IMG/VR virus record: IMGVR_UViG_3300044957_000763 | Coordinates: 414,841 to 478,840 of that record | Reading direction: 5' to 3' (one strand) | DNA length: 64,000 nt | Part shown: positions 48,001-55,482 of the stretch, one piece after another | Layout: every line of letters begins with the position of its first letter | Position numbering within the stretch: the stretch's first letter is position 1 | The notes under the pieces: model-generated | What the model was told of the DNA's origin: nothing | Databases searched by the model: none | Seen by the model: only the letters and a program-made list of their open reading frames with translations | Position numbers and translations under genes: made by a program

Positions 48001-49302
48001 CGAATGGCATCTAAGAAAGATGTCGAGCACACCGTGTTCGGCTGGATGTCAGATTTTGTCCACGATGGTCAAATCGACAGCTACGCGCTTGCCGAAGCGG
48101 CAAGCCTTCTCGGAGCTCGACCTGTTGCTGCGACTAATTTACTTGGTCGACTGCTCGAACGCCAGGCGGCAATTTCGGTTACAGATGAAAAGTGCACAAC
48201 CAAGAGACTGACAGCAACTGTTAGTGACTTTGAAGACCTAGACCCCAAGTCAAATGACTTCGACCAACAGTTTAGAATGCGTGCAATGGACATCTTCCGA
48301 CAAGCTGGTTACGATGTTGACGATGGCACATTCAACCTAACTAGTTTGAGTGTTGACCAGTCTGGAAACATTCAAGCTGAAGTCTCCGCACGACTCACCA
48401 AGACATTCTGTGTCGAAGGAAGTAAAGTTGGCGCGGGCATGGATGCGGTAAACGAACTTCCAGTTGAAGCCACACTTGCAGAAAACACACCAATGGAAGA
48501 TGAATCTGGAAATCTCTACACTGTTTCGGCCATGGATGTGCTTGGAATGGAGCGAACTGCTCAAGCCGCACCAGGAATGGGTGGCGGAATGGGAATGGGA
48601 ATGCCGCCGGCTGCACCAGCGGGTGGTGGTGTTGACCCGTTGGCCGGGGCTACCGACCCAATGGGCGGAGGCTTTGCTTCAATGACAGTACCTAGTGAAT
48701 CAGGGGCGCCAGGAACTGAACCAGTTACCGACACTGTAAACGCAGACGATATGTCAGAACCGGGCACAAAACAACCATGGGGGACAGTGTGTCCTGTCTG
48801 TGGTTCAAAGGACGTTAGCATTGCTAACGGCGAAGGTGAGTGCCAGAGCTGTGGTACACAATTGAAATTCAAGCTGATGGTCGAGGCCGCTCCGAGCACC
48901 GATGATGCTGGCGGCGGAGACGAGGGTGCCGATGCTGGAGTGGATGACATGGGTGCAATGCCTGGTGGTGACATGGGCGCTGCACCAGCCATGCCTGCGG
49001 CTGGGGCACCAACAGACCCAATGATGATGCAAGCAAGTTGGACAAGTTCGCCGCTGGTATGGCAACGATTTGCTGCGGCTGGTCAAGGCGTTTCTGAAAA
49101 AGAAGCAACCAAAGCCAGACAAGCAATGAAACAATTACCAGTCGGACATGTTTGCCCTGGCTGTGGCGACCGTGAACAAATCGAGAAGATTCGAAATAAG
49201 ACTATTTGTACTGCTTGCGGTACGGTGGCTGTTTCCAAGGTTGCGGCAGTAGAAGGACAGCCTAATCTGTTGTCCAATACCATCTACTGGATACTCGAAT
49301 AA
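45070..49302 (+). CDS. Prohead (capsid maturation) protease with a ~1150-aa C-terminal extension
   Basis: N-terminal NANGDYF..EEL, HTNHD (His), VSMGC (Ser), FIELSLV HK97/assemblin-type pattern; C-terminal CPVCG..CQSCG and CPGCG..CTACG zinc ribbons; ATG 45070 with GGAG at 45061. Confidence 0.75.
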   Translation: MLRKGISGNLIGRNQIEFIDPAEARRVIIAAKNGKQSLYADPADVLNRDVEGDFDLLKEMNDRQGYNLLWVRCRAIDADTINANGDYFSAEELLKEVIHHGKKVPAYKTFEGCPIHTNHDNKDITKAKGEVVYAEWDDKNQCVWCTFYISEDAYPEIANGIRIGMMSDVSMGCTVESGLCSVCGKEAVRVDDYCEHLKKYKGKKLPGANSKVYEKNKGIKFIELSLVNDGAFDSCAISELYDQDELTQKALEFNRRVAEIRNHVLTAGHLTAEMTPSVRNAYEGMLRTVVSTTTTAVRVAQTQVDNPQLLATNGANANSTVAGILKALGMDARQQLNVLDLLNVALNFLEVAIMQMFTRKDNVDLQHVSKIAKAMSDLQGTMQDLIDDGVDSPVGAIAGTGGAAGTLLNPGGGQTGQTSVAQAPGQAQAPVQPYNPAEGGVGQMMSPVQVSERSFTTEKPLNPLLGESNRRQLVWANKDSSEEREVYASRKSRANNIERFGQSLLALAESVGAGPLAAPMSTRAANNEQPVRSTKTVQNNGDTTKMKNPFQRIASKLRERKPLEVSFSAEAHSPDTNHRIVVSTKGDIEGYYMNRLANWQPQLNDHLISAIEQENLDYALPVLMEDFQNHVRNAQTKNIDIWSDIDLEPEGEKDVKENALEGERHPVKGDGEIIDSYVKTKRTNPAGDTTIEDELEAKRTGTDSKAKEELLENAGLYARRDNGQEVHDFLVDDARCGCPDEHIEERLKGRHGRNDKVETRKLASNIATELGRAAYAARVTPEEIIEVSTKIAQREDLEELIALASLGTDTRERTAQRHAFFNNSSVMLGAENAIYHGLGKIVSDDIKAGDVVDGLRAVISERELAGKLITRIAKTMVENAPTTYADVVVKASREEQLRTALNSLADGETETSRGHLKAVLCALAGAADECQAAPEEVINVIASRNSGEIFETLGMYNSASAREARNTLRQREEFYGKRMASKKDVEHTVFGWMSDFVHDGQIDSYALAEAASLLGARPVAATNLLGRLLERQAAISVTDEKCTTKRLTATVSDFEDLDPKSNDFDQQFRMRAMDIFRQAGYDVDDGTFNLTSLSVDQSGNIQAEVSARLTKTFCVEGSKVGAGMDAVNELPVEATLAENTPMEDESGNLYTVSAMDVLGMERTAQAAPGMGGGMGMGMPPAAPAGGGVDPLAGATDPMGGGFASMTVPSESGAPGTEPVTDTVNADDMSEPGTKQPWGTVCPVCGSKDVSIANGEGECQSCGTQLKFKLMVEAAPSTDDAGGGDEGADAGVDDMGAMPGGDMGAAPAMPAAGAPTDPMMMQASWTSSPLVWQRFAAAGQGVSEKEATKARQAMKQLPVGHVCPGCGDREQIEKIRNKTICTACGTVAVSKVAAVEGQPNLLSNTIYWILE

Positions 49303-49304
49303 GG

Positions 49305-49395
49305 TTTGCCGCGAACCCATCGCGGCAAATTATTCCCTCTTAAGGGACTTTTTTAAGAATCTCGCTCACTTTCGTAGGTGAGCGAGATTCTTTTT
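49305..49395 (+). terminator. Three consecutive hairpins between protease and scaffold genes
   Basis: tttgccgcga/tcgcggcaaa (49305-49329); tccct/aggga plus T6 (49334-49354); aagaatctcgctcac/gtgagcgagattctt plus T-run (49355-49395). Confidence 0.75.
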
Positions 49396-49403
49396 CATAA
49401 GAA
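49375..49403 (+). promoter_or_regulatory. Putative phage promoter TAGGTG-N17-TAAGAA
   Basis: Overlaps the third terminator hairpin; upstream of the scaffold-decoration-capsid operon. Confidence 0.65.
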
Positions 49404-49473
49404 GCCAGATAGACGAAGTGTTGGCAAAAGCCGATACCCCACCCAAATCATAAATTAGGGAGCAAATCTGACT

Positions 49474-51384
49474 ATGGCTACAACAAAACAAGAAGGAGGA
49501 CTGGACGCACGCACCAAAGCGGTTCGCTTGGCAATGCTACAGGAATCCGACGCGGACGATTTTCGACAATGCGTTCGTGAAGTGCAAGCCAGCACAGGAC
49601 TTTCCGCAGCGGAAGCTCGGATTGTTGCTGGAGCACTTAGAAGTGAAATGCTTCCCAAAGTTGCTGAATCTCTCGGACTAGAGGAGGATGACATTGCAGA
49701 TTTTGCAAACAAACTTCCAGACGAAGAAGATGATGTAGACGGGGAGCAACCGACCACAGATTTCGCTGACGACAAGGTTGAAGACGAAGATGACTTCGTT
49801 GAAGAACCACAAGATGATACAGCCGCCATTCGAGGGGATGCTCTCGATATGGGTGGTGAAGACGCCATCGAAGACGACATGAGCGATGAAGACGACTTGG
49901 GTACAGAACAGACCCTTGAGATTCAGGTGCCTACGGGCAAGGTAGACGAGATTCAAGAAGCGATTCGTTCGATTCTTGGAGACGATGCTTTTGGCCTTGG
50001 CGGAGATTCTGAATTCAATTTCGAAGATGACGAAGAGGGAGATTTTGGAGATGAAAATTTCGAAGATAAACCTTGGGGAGACGACGACGATTTGAATTTA
50101 GAAGATGAAAACATTGGGGAAGAAGCCCCGAACATAGGAAAACAGGTGATTAGCATGTCCAACAAGCAAAAGGCTGGCCGTGAAGTCAGGGCTGCTGATG
50201 AGCAGGTGAAACCAAAAGACCGAGGTCTTGGAAGTGACACTAGCCACGGAGGCAAACCTTTCCAATATGCGGCAGATGCCCAATATCAGGGTGAAGACAC
50301 ACGACCTGGCATGACTCTTGAGGACAGTGCCGGCAATTCACTCCGCGACCAAAACCCGACTTTCGCAGATGCGACAGTCCCCGCCAAAAACCCCGAGAGA
50401 CTTCAGTTGAAGAATTCGTACAAAACCTTCACATACGAAGGTGCCGATGGTGACATCGAGTACGACATGAGCAGCGAAGTTTTCGAAGTCCCCTCTGCTG
50501 GCGAAAAAGCCGGCGGCGAATTTGAAGTTCCGACTCAAATGACCAGTACTCTTGACCGCAAGACTACTGTGGCCACTTTGAACAGTAACGTCGAAAGAGT
50601 AGCTGGGGAAAAAGCAACCGACGACAGTGATTATGTCACTGCAAACAACGAAGAGCTTTATGTTACTTCTGACAATCGCACCGTAGGTCGCGATGAATTC
50701 GAAGAGCATGTCATTGACACCTTGGTGGCAAGTGGCATGACTGAGAAAGAAGTACTTGCAATGTCATTCGCAGAAGGGCTCGAGCTATACGGCAATATTG
50801 TCGAACAGCGCACTGCTGCAAGCAATGCAATGGGAGAAATTACCCGCGCACATGCCGAAAGGCAGGCTCGTATCAACAAACTGGCAGCCGACCTTACGGT
50901 CGAGATTACTGGTGGAACTGAAGAGCCAGATGGTACAGAAGAGACACTTGAGGAAGCCCTTAAGGAATCTCGAGAGGCCATGAGAGACACATTCATCCGC
51001 GAGGCTGAATTGTTCAAAAAGCGCGTTAAAGCCGCTTATGGCGTAACTACTCGACTCGTAATCGCTGGAATTATCAACGATAACGAGGTCGACAATCACG
51101 TAGACACTTGGCTCAAGGACAACCTGAGCGTGGGTGCCATGCTTAAGCAAGGCAACTTCATGCTGAGGGCTGCGTCCAAGACGACCGACCGAACCGTACA
51201 AAGTGGCAACAGTGGCAACACTCGAACTGCTGGAGTATCGGTAAACCCTGCCCTTGTAACACCGAATCTCGGTAGCACACAGGAGGTTAAGGACCGTCTC
51301 GCCAATCTTTTCACTGTTGGTGGTATCCCACGTAATGCATTTGATGCTTACAAAGATAACGACAACAACAGCAGGGACTTTTAA
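49474..51384 (+). CDS. Putative capsid scaffold protein
   Basis: 636 aa, very acidic, coiled-coil C-terminal third; between the protease and the decoration/capsid genes. Confidence 0.6.
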   Translation: MATTKQEGGLDARTKAVRLAMLQESDADDFRQCVREVQASTGLSAAEARIVAGALRSEMLPKVAESLGLEEDDIADFANKLPDEEDDVDGEQPTTDFADDKVEDEDDFVEEPQDDTAAIRGDALDMGGEDAIEDDMSDEDDLGTEQTLEIQVPTGKVDEIQEAIRSILGDDAFGLGGDSEFNFEDDEEGDFGDENFEDKPWGDDDDLNLEDENIGEEAPNIGKQVISMSNKQKAGREVRAADEQVKPKDRGLGSDTSHGGKPFQYAADAQYQGEDTRPGMTLEDSAGNSLRDQNPTFADATVPAKNPERLQLKNSYKTFTYEGADGDIEYDMSSEVFEVPSAGEKAGGEFEVPTQMTSTLDRKTTVATLNSNVERVAGEKATDDSDYVTANNEELYVTSDNRTVGRDEFEEHVIDTLVASGMTEKEVLAMSFAEGLELYGNIVEQRTAASNAMGEITRAHAERQARINKLAADLTVEITGGTEEPDGTEETLEEALKESREAMRDTFIREAELFKKRVKAAYGVTTRLVIAGIINDNEVDNHVDTWLKDNLSVGAMLKQGNFMLRAASKTTDRTVQSGNSGNTRTAGVSVNPALVTPNLGSTQEVKDRLANLFTVGGIPRNAFDAYKDNDNNSRDF

Positions 51385-51403
51385 GCAAACAGGAGAAATA
51401 GCA

Positions 51404-52150
51404 ATGGCAATTTACGAGCTTCAAAGCGTAGTCCACCTTCAATATGATAGCAAAGCCGACGCAAACGTCCAGAATCTCTGGCACGCAGGTCAGGTCCTCG
51501 CTATGGAATGGGCGGCTTCCGCTAATAACACAACACAAGGCTTGGTCCGCCTCGCAAACCGTGGTGACAGTTGGACAGGAAACTCGTCCGGTGTACTTGA
51601 CAACCCCGGTACCGAGGTCCGAGCTAACATCGTAGGTCTTTCTGCCGACGACACGTCGAGAACTGGCAACACCGGCATTTATGTCGACCCAGTCGGTTCA
51701 ACATTTGTCGGCACAGGTGTGGGTTCTGCCGCAACATTTACTGACAACACCAATGGCTTCTATTCAGCAGCCAAGCGTGCTCTCGGTGACTATCAGGACG
51801 AGCGCATCACCAATGTCACAAACTTGACTGACTCGAATTCCGGTTACGCCGGACCGAGACGAGAAGTCGCCGTTTATGCAACACCGTCTGCGCAGTTCAT
51901 CGTGGATAACACAGCATTCGTGTCAGCACAAACAGCCACAACCAACGGTACGTATCTGGACCAATCTCTTGGTACAGCGTTCGCCCCTGGCGACATTCTT
52001 ACAGTTGGAGCAGGCGTGTTTGCGAGCGTAAGTAACTTCGGTTGCTTGGTTCGACGCACAGCGGCTGCCGATGGTACTGCTATCGCCCGATTGGACGAGT
52101 ACAACAGCACAAGCGGCCTGATGAAAATTACACTCTTGATGAGTCTGTAA
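51404..52150 (+). CDS. Putative capsid decoration/cement protein
   Basis: AGGAG RBS at 51391; Gly/Thr/Ala-rich beta-type sequence; immediately before the capsid gene. Confidence 0.55.
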   Translation: MAIYELQSVVHLQYDSKADANVQNLWHAGQVLAMEWAASANNTTQGLVRLANRGDSWTGNSSGVLDNPGTEVRANIVGLSADDTSRTGNTGIYVDPVGSTFVGTGVGSAATFTDNTNGFYSAAKRALGDYQDERITNVTNLTDSNSGYAGPRREVAVYATPSAQFIVDNTAFVSAQTATTNGTYLDQSLGTAFAPGDILTVGAGVFASVSNFGCLVRRTAAADGTAIARLDEYNSTSGLMKITLLMSL

Positions 52151-52174
52151 ACAGGGGTATAGGAGATAACTAAT

Positions 52175-53035
52175 ATGAGCAACATCCGAAACGTATATGG
52201 CATTGACGAGCAAAACGAAGAGTTTCTCGCAGCCGCTATGGACACCCCCGAAGGTCGCGTCGCACTTGCGCAGGCAATGGTTGAGCCCATCAAAACATCT
52301 TTGATGTACCAGGGCGTTGGCCGAAAACTGCTGATGGTTGACGAACTACCGCAGGGTGCCCTTCCTCGCTACGAGCGAGACATCGCAGTTAAGTCTTACG
52401 TAATGAGTAAGCGTGGCTCAGTTCCAACGTCTATCGTTGAAGCTGAAGAGTTGATGGTGCCGGTTCTTGAAATCGCTTGTAACCCAACCGTTAAACTCAA
52501 CGAAATCCGTGCACGACGATTCTACATTGTAGACCGAGCACAGGTTCGTGCGAAGGACTCATTGCAACGACAAGAGGATGCAGAAGTCTTCCGTGTTATT
52601 AACGCGGCTGTACCTGCGGCACACAACATCACGGTTACTGGTTCACTCCAGCCCGAGAACATCAACCTCGCTCTGTCTCTCATTGAGGAACACGAGTTGA
52701 TTGGTGCGAAGATTGTTGTGCACCCTCAGCGCTACAAGGACATCCGAACATGGGGTAAGGAATTCTATGATGAAGCGACAACTCGCGACATCTTGATGAC
52801 CGGTCTCTTCGGCCACCTGTACTCTGCAGACATCCACGTCAGCACAATCGTTCCAAAGAACGCTGTCTACGTACTGGCACCTGCCGCCTTCGTTGGCGCG
52901 ATGCCTGTTCGCCAGGACATCACCGTTCTTCCGAGCGACGACCCTCGACGACTCCGCCTCGGCTGGGTCATCTTCGAGGAACTTGGCTTCGCCGTTATCA
53001 ACGACTACGCCACCGCTCGAATCATCGTTAGCTAA
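52175..53035 (+). CDS. Major capsid protein (HK97 fold, 286 aa)
   Basis: GRVALAQAMVEPI...GVGRKLLMVDELPQG...EIACNP.V...QEDAEVF...IVVHP..YKDI...GLFGHLYSADI; strong RBS; follows protease-scaffold-decoration genes; strong terminator after it. Confidence 0.85.
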   Translation: MSNIRNVYGIDEQNEEFLAAAMDTPEGRVALAQAMVEPIKTSLMYQGVGRKLLMVDELPQGALPRYERDIAVKSYVMSKRGSVPTSIVEAEELMVPVLEIACNPTVKLNEIRARRFYIVDRAQVRAKDSLQRQEDAEVFRVINAAVPAAHNITVTGSLQPENINLALSLIEEHELIGAKIVVHPQRYKDIRTWGKEFYDEATTRDILMTGLFGHLYSADIHVSTIVPKNAVYVLAPAAFVGAMPVRQDITVLPSDDPRRLRLGWVIFEELGFAVINDYATARIIVS

Positions 53036-53054
53036 GGTTAACGCTGAAAGACTT

Positions 53055-53089
53055 ACAAGCCCCGCCATCGGCGGGGCTTGTTTGTTTGT
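53055..53089 (+). terminator. Intrinsic terminator after the capsid gene
   Basis: acaagccccgcc-atc-ggcggggcttgt followed by ttgtttgt; also faces the convergent minus-strand island. Confidence 0.88.
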
Positions 53090-53187
53090 ACAAGGTCATG
53101 CAGGTATAAAGATATTCAGAAAATGGAAAGAGACTACGTCAACACAATACGAGAAAATTGCATCAATTACATGCGTAGTTATCTAGG

Positions 53188-53745
53188 TCATGACATCAAG
53201 TAATATTCAGAGACGTCTTGACCCATGGCCGCCTCACACTTGTCAACAATCTGAACGATATAATCAGCGATACTCTTGTGCGCGACCGAAGGCAATTTAG
53301 ACATTTCGCTTAACGTGTATGTCATTTCCTTAAATGACTCCATTCTGCGCTCATCCTGTGCCAATATTTGCTGACCAATTAGCACACCAAACATTTGAGG
53401 GTCTTGAACTCCAAAATCTTTACTGTGATATTTGATAGAGTGAATTGCACGGACTGCATGTAATGCATGCTCGAACTCTGTCAAACACCGAATCAAAGAA
53501 GTGTACAGGGCTGCCAATTCGCCAGTCATTTGAATTTCTCCAGACACCAATACAGGCAACAGACTGTATTGGACTGTTCTAATACACGCACTCATTTCTG
53601 CGTTTGGTTCAAATACCATATTGGATGGCATTTGGTCTGGCGACTCATTGAGTTGTTGTTGAATATTCGACGTGCTATTGTCGATTTTGCTCCGCTCAAT
53701 TTCGTTAATATCGTCTGGAATACTGGCCTTGCGGAATCGTCTCAT
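53188..53745 (-). CDS. Hypothetical protein
   Basis: 185 aa helical ORF; start overlaps the stop of 53742..54098; N-terminal RRFRKAS. Confidence 0.55.
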   Translation of the reverse strand: MRRFRKASIPDDINEIERSKIDNSTSNIQQQLNESPDQMPSNMVFEPNAEMSACIRTVQYSLLPVLVSGEIQMTGELAALYTSLIRCLTEFEHALHAVRAIHSIKYHSKDFGVQDPQMFGVLIGQQILAQDERRMESFKEMTYTLSEMSKLPSVAHKSIADYIVQIVDKCEAAMGQDVSEYYLMS

Positions 53746-54098
53746 TGTAGCGTCAATAGATACTTGAGTTTATTCATTGCAGCAAGCATCTCATCCCTAA
53801 GATTTAGTAAGTCTGAATCAGACTGCTCGAATACGTTGTTGAACTCTATCAGATATTCAATGCAGTGACCTATGAATTCGATAGGTTCAACATTGACAGA
53901 AAGCGATATGTTCAATTTGTCTTCGCGGATTCTGCCTTGGGATTTGCCTAAATACACTTCAACAAACTCATCAACAAGTTCATCTAGTGCCTCATAGGTT
54001 TTTCCAAACGCTTCGTGTTGCGCGAAACTTTGGGTCTGCCAGTGGAACACGCGAATTTGTTGTTGAATCGTGATTAGATTTCCAATTAGCTGACTCAT
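53742..54098 (-). CDS. Ferritin/Dps-like four-helix protein (DUF5856-like)
   Basis: QIRVFHWQT.SFAQHEAF...YEALDELVDEFVE...DLLNLRDEML..MNKLKYLL pattern. Confidence 0.75.
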   Translation of the reverse strand: MSQLIGNLITIQQQIRVFHWQTQSFAQHEAFGKTYEALDELVDEFVEVYLGKSQGRIREDKLNISLSVNVEPIEFIGHCIEYLIEFNNVFEQSDSDLLNLRDEMLAAMNKLKYLLTLQ

Positions 54099-54104
54099 AG
54101 TATA

Positions 54105-54133
54105 TTGTTAGTCATGAATTCAGCTATGTCCTT
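54105..54133 (-). promoter_or_regulatory. Putative phage promoter AAGGAC-N17-TAACAA (relaxed match)
   Basis: Minus strand; predicted +1 coincides with the ATG at 54098, which has no SD. Confidence 0.4.
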
Positions 54134-54162
54134 TTATTGGAGAATAAGTTCTTAATAGCTTG

Positions 54163-54459
54163 TTAGCCTTCGGTAGTGCTTGTGTGTGTGGTCTGAACAT
54201 TGGGCAAAAATATAATCTTGCCTGATTGTGGGTCAAATTCTGGCATCTCGCTTTCTTCCAATCCAAATGGGTCTACATAATATGCTTTGAAACCATCTGT
54301 CAGCTTTTTCTCAAAAAACTGTTTGGCGCGGTCTACATCATATTCATCACCGATGTTAAACTCAAATAAAGTGTCTCTACTCTCATTCAATTCGCGCATA
54401 ATCAGCCTACTGGTCACCTGTATGGATTCCATACATATTATAGCATAAGTTGGCGCCAA
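54163..54459 (-). CDS. Hypothetical protein
   Basis: Acidic ORF in the minus-strand island; true start probably internal. Confidence 0.45.
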   Translation of the reverse strand: MAPTYAIICMESIQVTSRLIMRELNESRDTLFEFNIGDEYDVDRAKQFFEKKLTDGFKAYYVDPFGLEESEMPEFDPQSGKIIFLPNVQTTHTSTTEG

Positions 54460-54998
54460 TCAGATGCAAACATAGCCCCAAGTAACCCAGCGGTATTCCA
54501 CGCGTCCCAGTCTGCACTGTGCTCTTGGCCCTCCCATACTAGCCCGAAAGCCTCTACAGCGCGTCGAAGACCTATATTTTTGTAGCTATTAAACGCCAAC
54601 TTTGTTAACGTTGCAACATCAATACACTCGTCAGACAGAAACATTTCGCAGTTTGCAAATTCGCATTCCTTTTTTACACATGCCCAGTCGTCTCCGTACA
54701 CAGCAGTAGCGTACTGCTTCATACCCATATTTGTCATACGAGCAGCAGTGGTTGCAAGCGACTGGCCACGGCGGAGAAGTGCCGGTGTAATACCAGTCAG
54801 GTCTGTACAATACGCACTGATGGTAGAGTTCTCTGGCTTGACGTACAATGCATCACGACCAGAGCGCTCGCCTGTTTTTGGGTTCAAAAAACACCATCCA
54901 ATTTGAATGATTTCAGGAAACATTCCATCTGGAGATGGCCCGTCCCAGCAAGTGAGTTCTAGGTCGAATACCAGCATTTTATCGGCACGACGAATCAT
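54438..54998 (-). CDS. DEDDh 3'-5' exonuclease (ERI1/KapD-like)
   Basis: VFDLELTCW (ExoI), EIIQIG, CTDLTGIT, EHSADWDAWNT (ExoIII); ATG 54998 preferred over 55034. Confidence 0.85.
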   Translation of the reverse strand: MIRRADKMLVFDLELTCWDGPSPDGMFPEIIQIGWCFLNPKTGERSGRDALYVKPENSTISAYCTDLTGITPALLRRGQSLATTAARMTNMGMKQYATAVYGDDWACVKKECEFANCEMFLSDECIDVATLTKLAFNSYKNIGLRRAVEAFGLVWEGQEHSADWDAWNTAGLLGAMFASDWRQLML

Positions 54999-55014
54999 TT
55001 TATTAAGATACCAG

Positions 55015-55043
55015 AAGGTGCGACAACAATGCAACCCTAAATA
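55015..55043 (+). promoter_or_regulatory. Putative phage promoter AAGGTG-N17-TAAATA
   Basis: In the divergent gap upstream of the tail operon (55077). Confidence 0.6.
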
Positions 55044-55076
55044 AAAAAACAGAGCTTATACTCGAGGCAATACAAC

Positions 55077-55472
55077 ATGGCAAACACTCTTTATGACAAA
55101 GGACGCGAAGCATTTCTAGCCGGCGATGCTGACTGGGATGCCAACACTATTAAGGTGAGCTTATTAAGCTCTTCTTACTCTTTTTCTCAAGCACATGACT
55201 TTTTTAACGACATTACTGGCGTTGTGGCCACGTCATCTGCACTTGCAAGCAAGACGGTAACTGACGGGGTAGCCGATGCTGCGGATATTACTTTTTCTGC
55301 TGTTAGCGGTTCTCAAGTTACTCAATTTATCATATGGGCAGATACTGGAACTCCAAGTACTAGTCGACTGCTGGTGTATTTTGATTCTGCAACCAACTTG
55401 CCGGTGACACCAAATGGTGGCGACATTACTATTCAGTGGTCAAACGGCTCAGATAAAATCTTCAAACTTTAA
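55077..55472 (+). CDS. Virion (tail-associated) structural protein
   Basis: MANTLYDKGREAFL..DWDANTIKV...SKTVTDGVADAADITFSAVSG...LPVTPNGGDITIQWSNG..KIFKL, a pattern common in phage tail regions; recognised by eye. Confidence 0.55.
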   Translation: MANTLYDKGREAFLAGDADWDANTIKVSLLSSSYSFSQAHDFFNDITGVVATSSALASKTVTDGVADAADITFSAVSGSQVTQFIIWADTGTPSTSRLLVYFDSATNLPVTPNGGDITIQWSNGSDKIFKL

Positions 55473-55482
55473 GGTGAAACAT

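Noticed and set aside
52175-53035. Encapsulin shell call for the 286-aa protein, with the ferritin-like gene as cargo
   Set aside because: The terminase-portal-protease-scaffold context indicates a true phage capsid; the ferritin-like gene is on the opposite strand and shows no cargo-loading tail.
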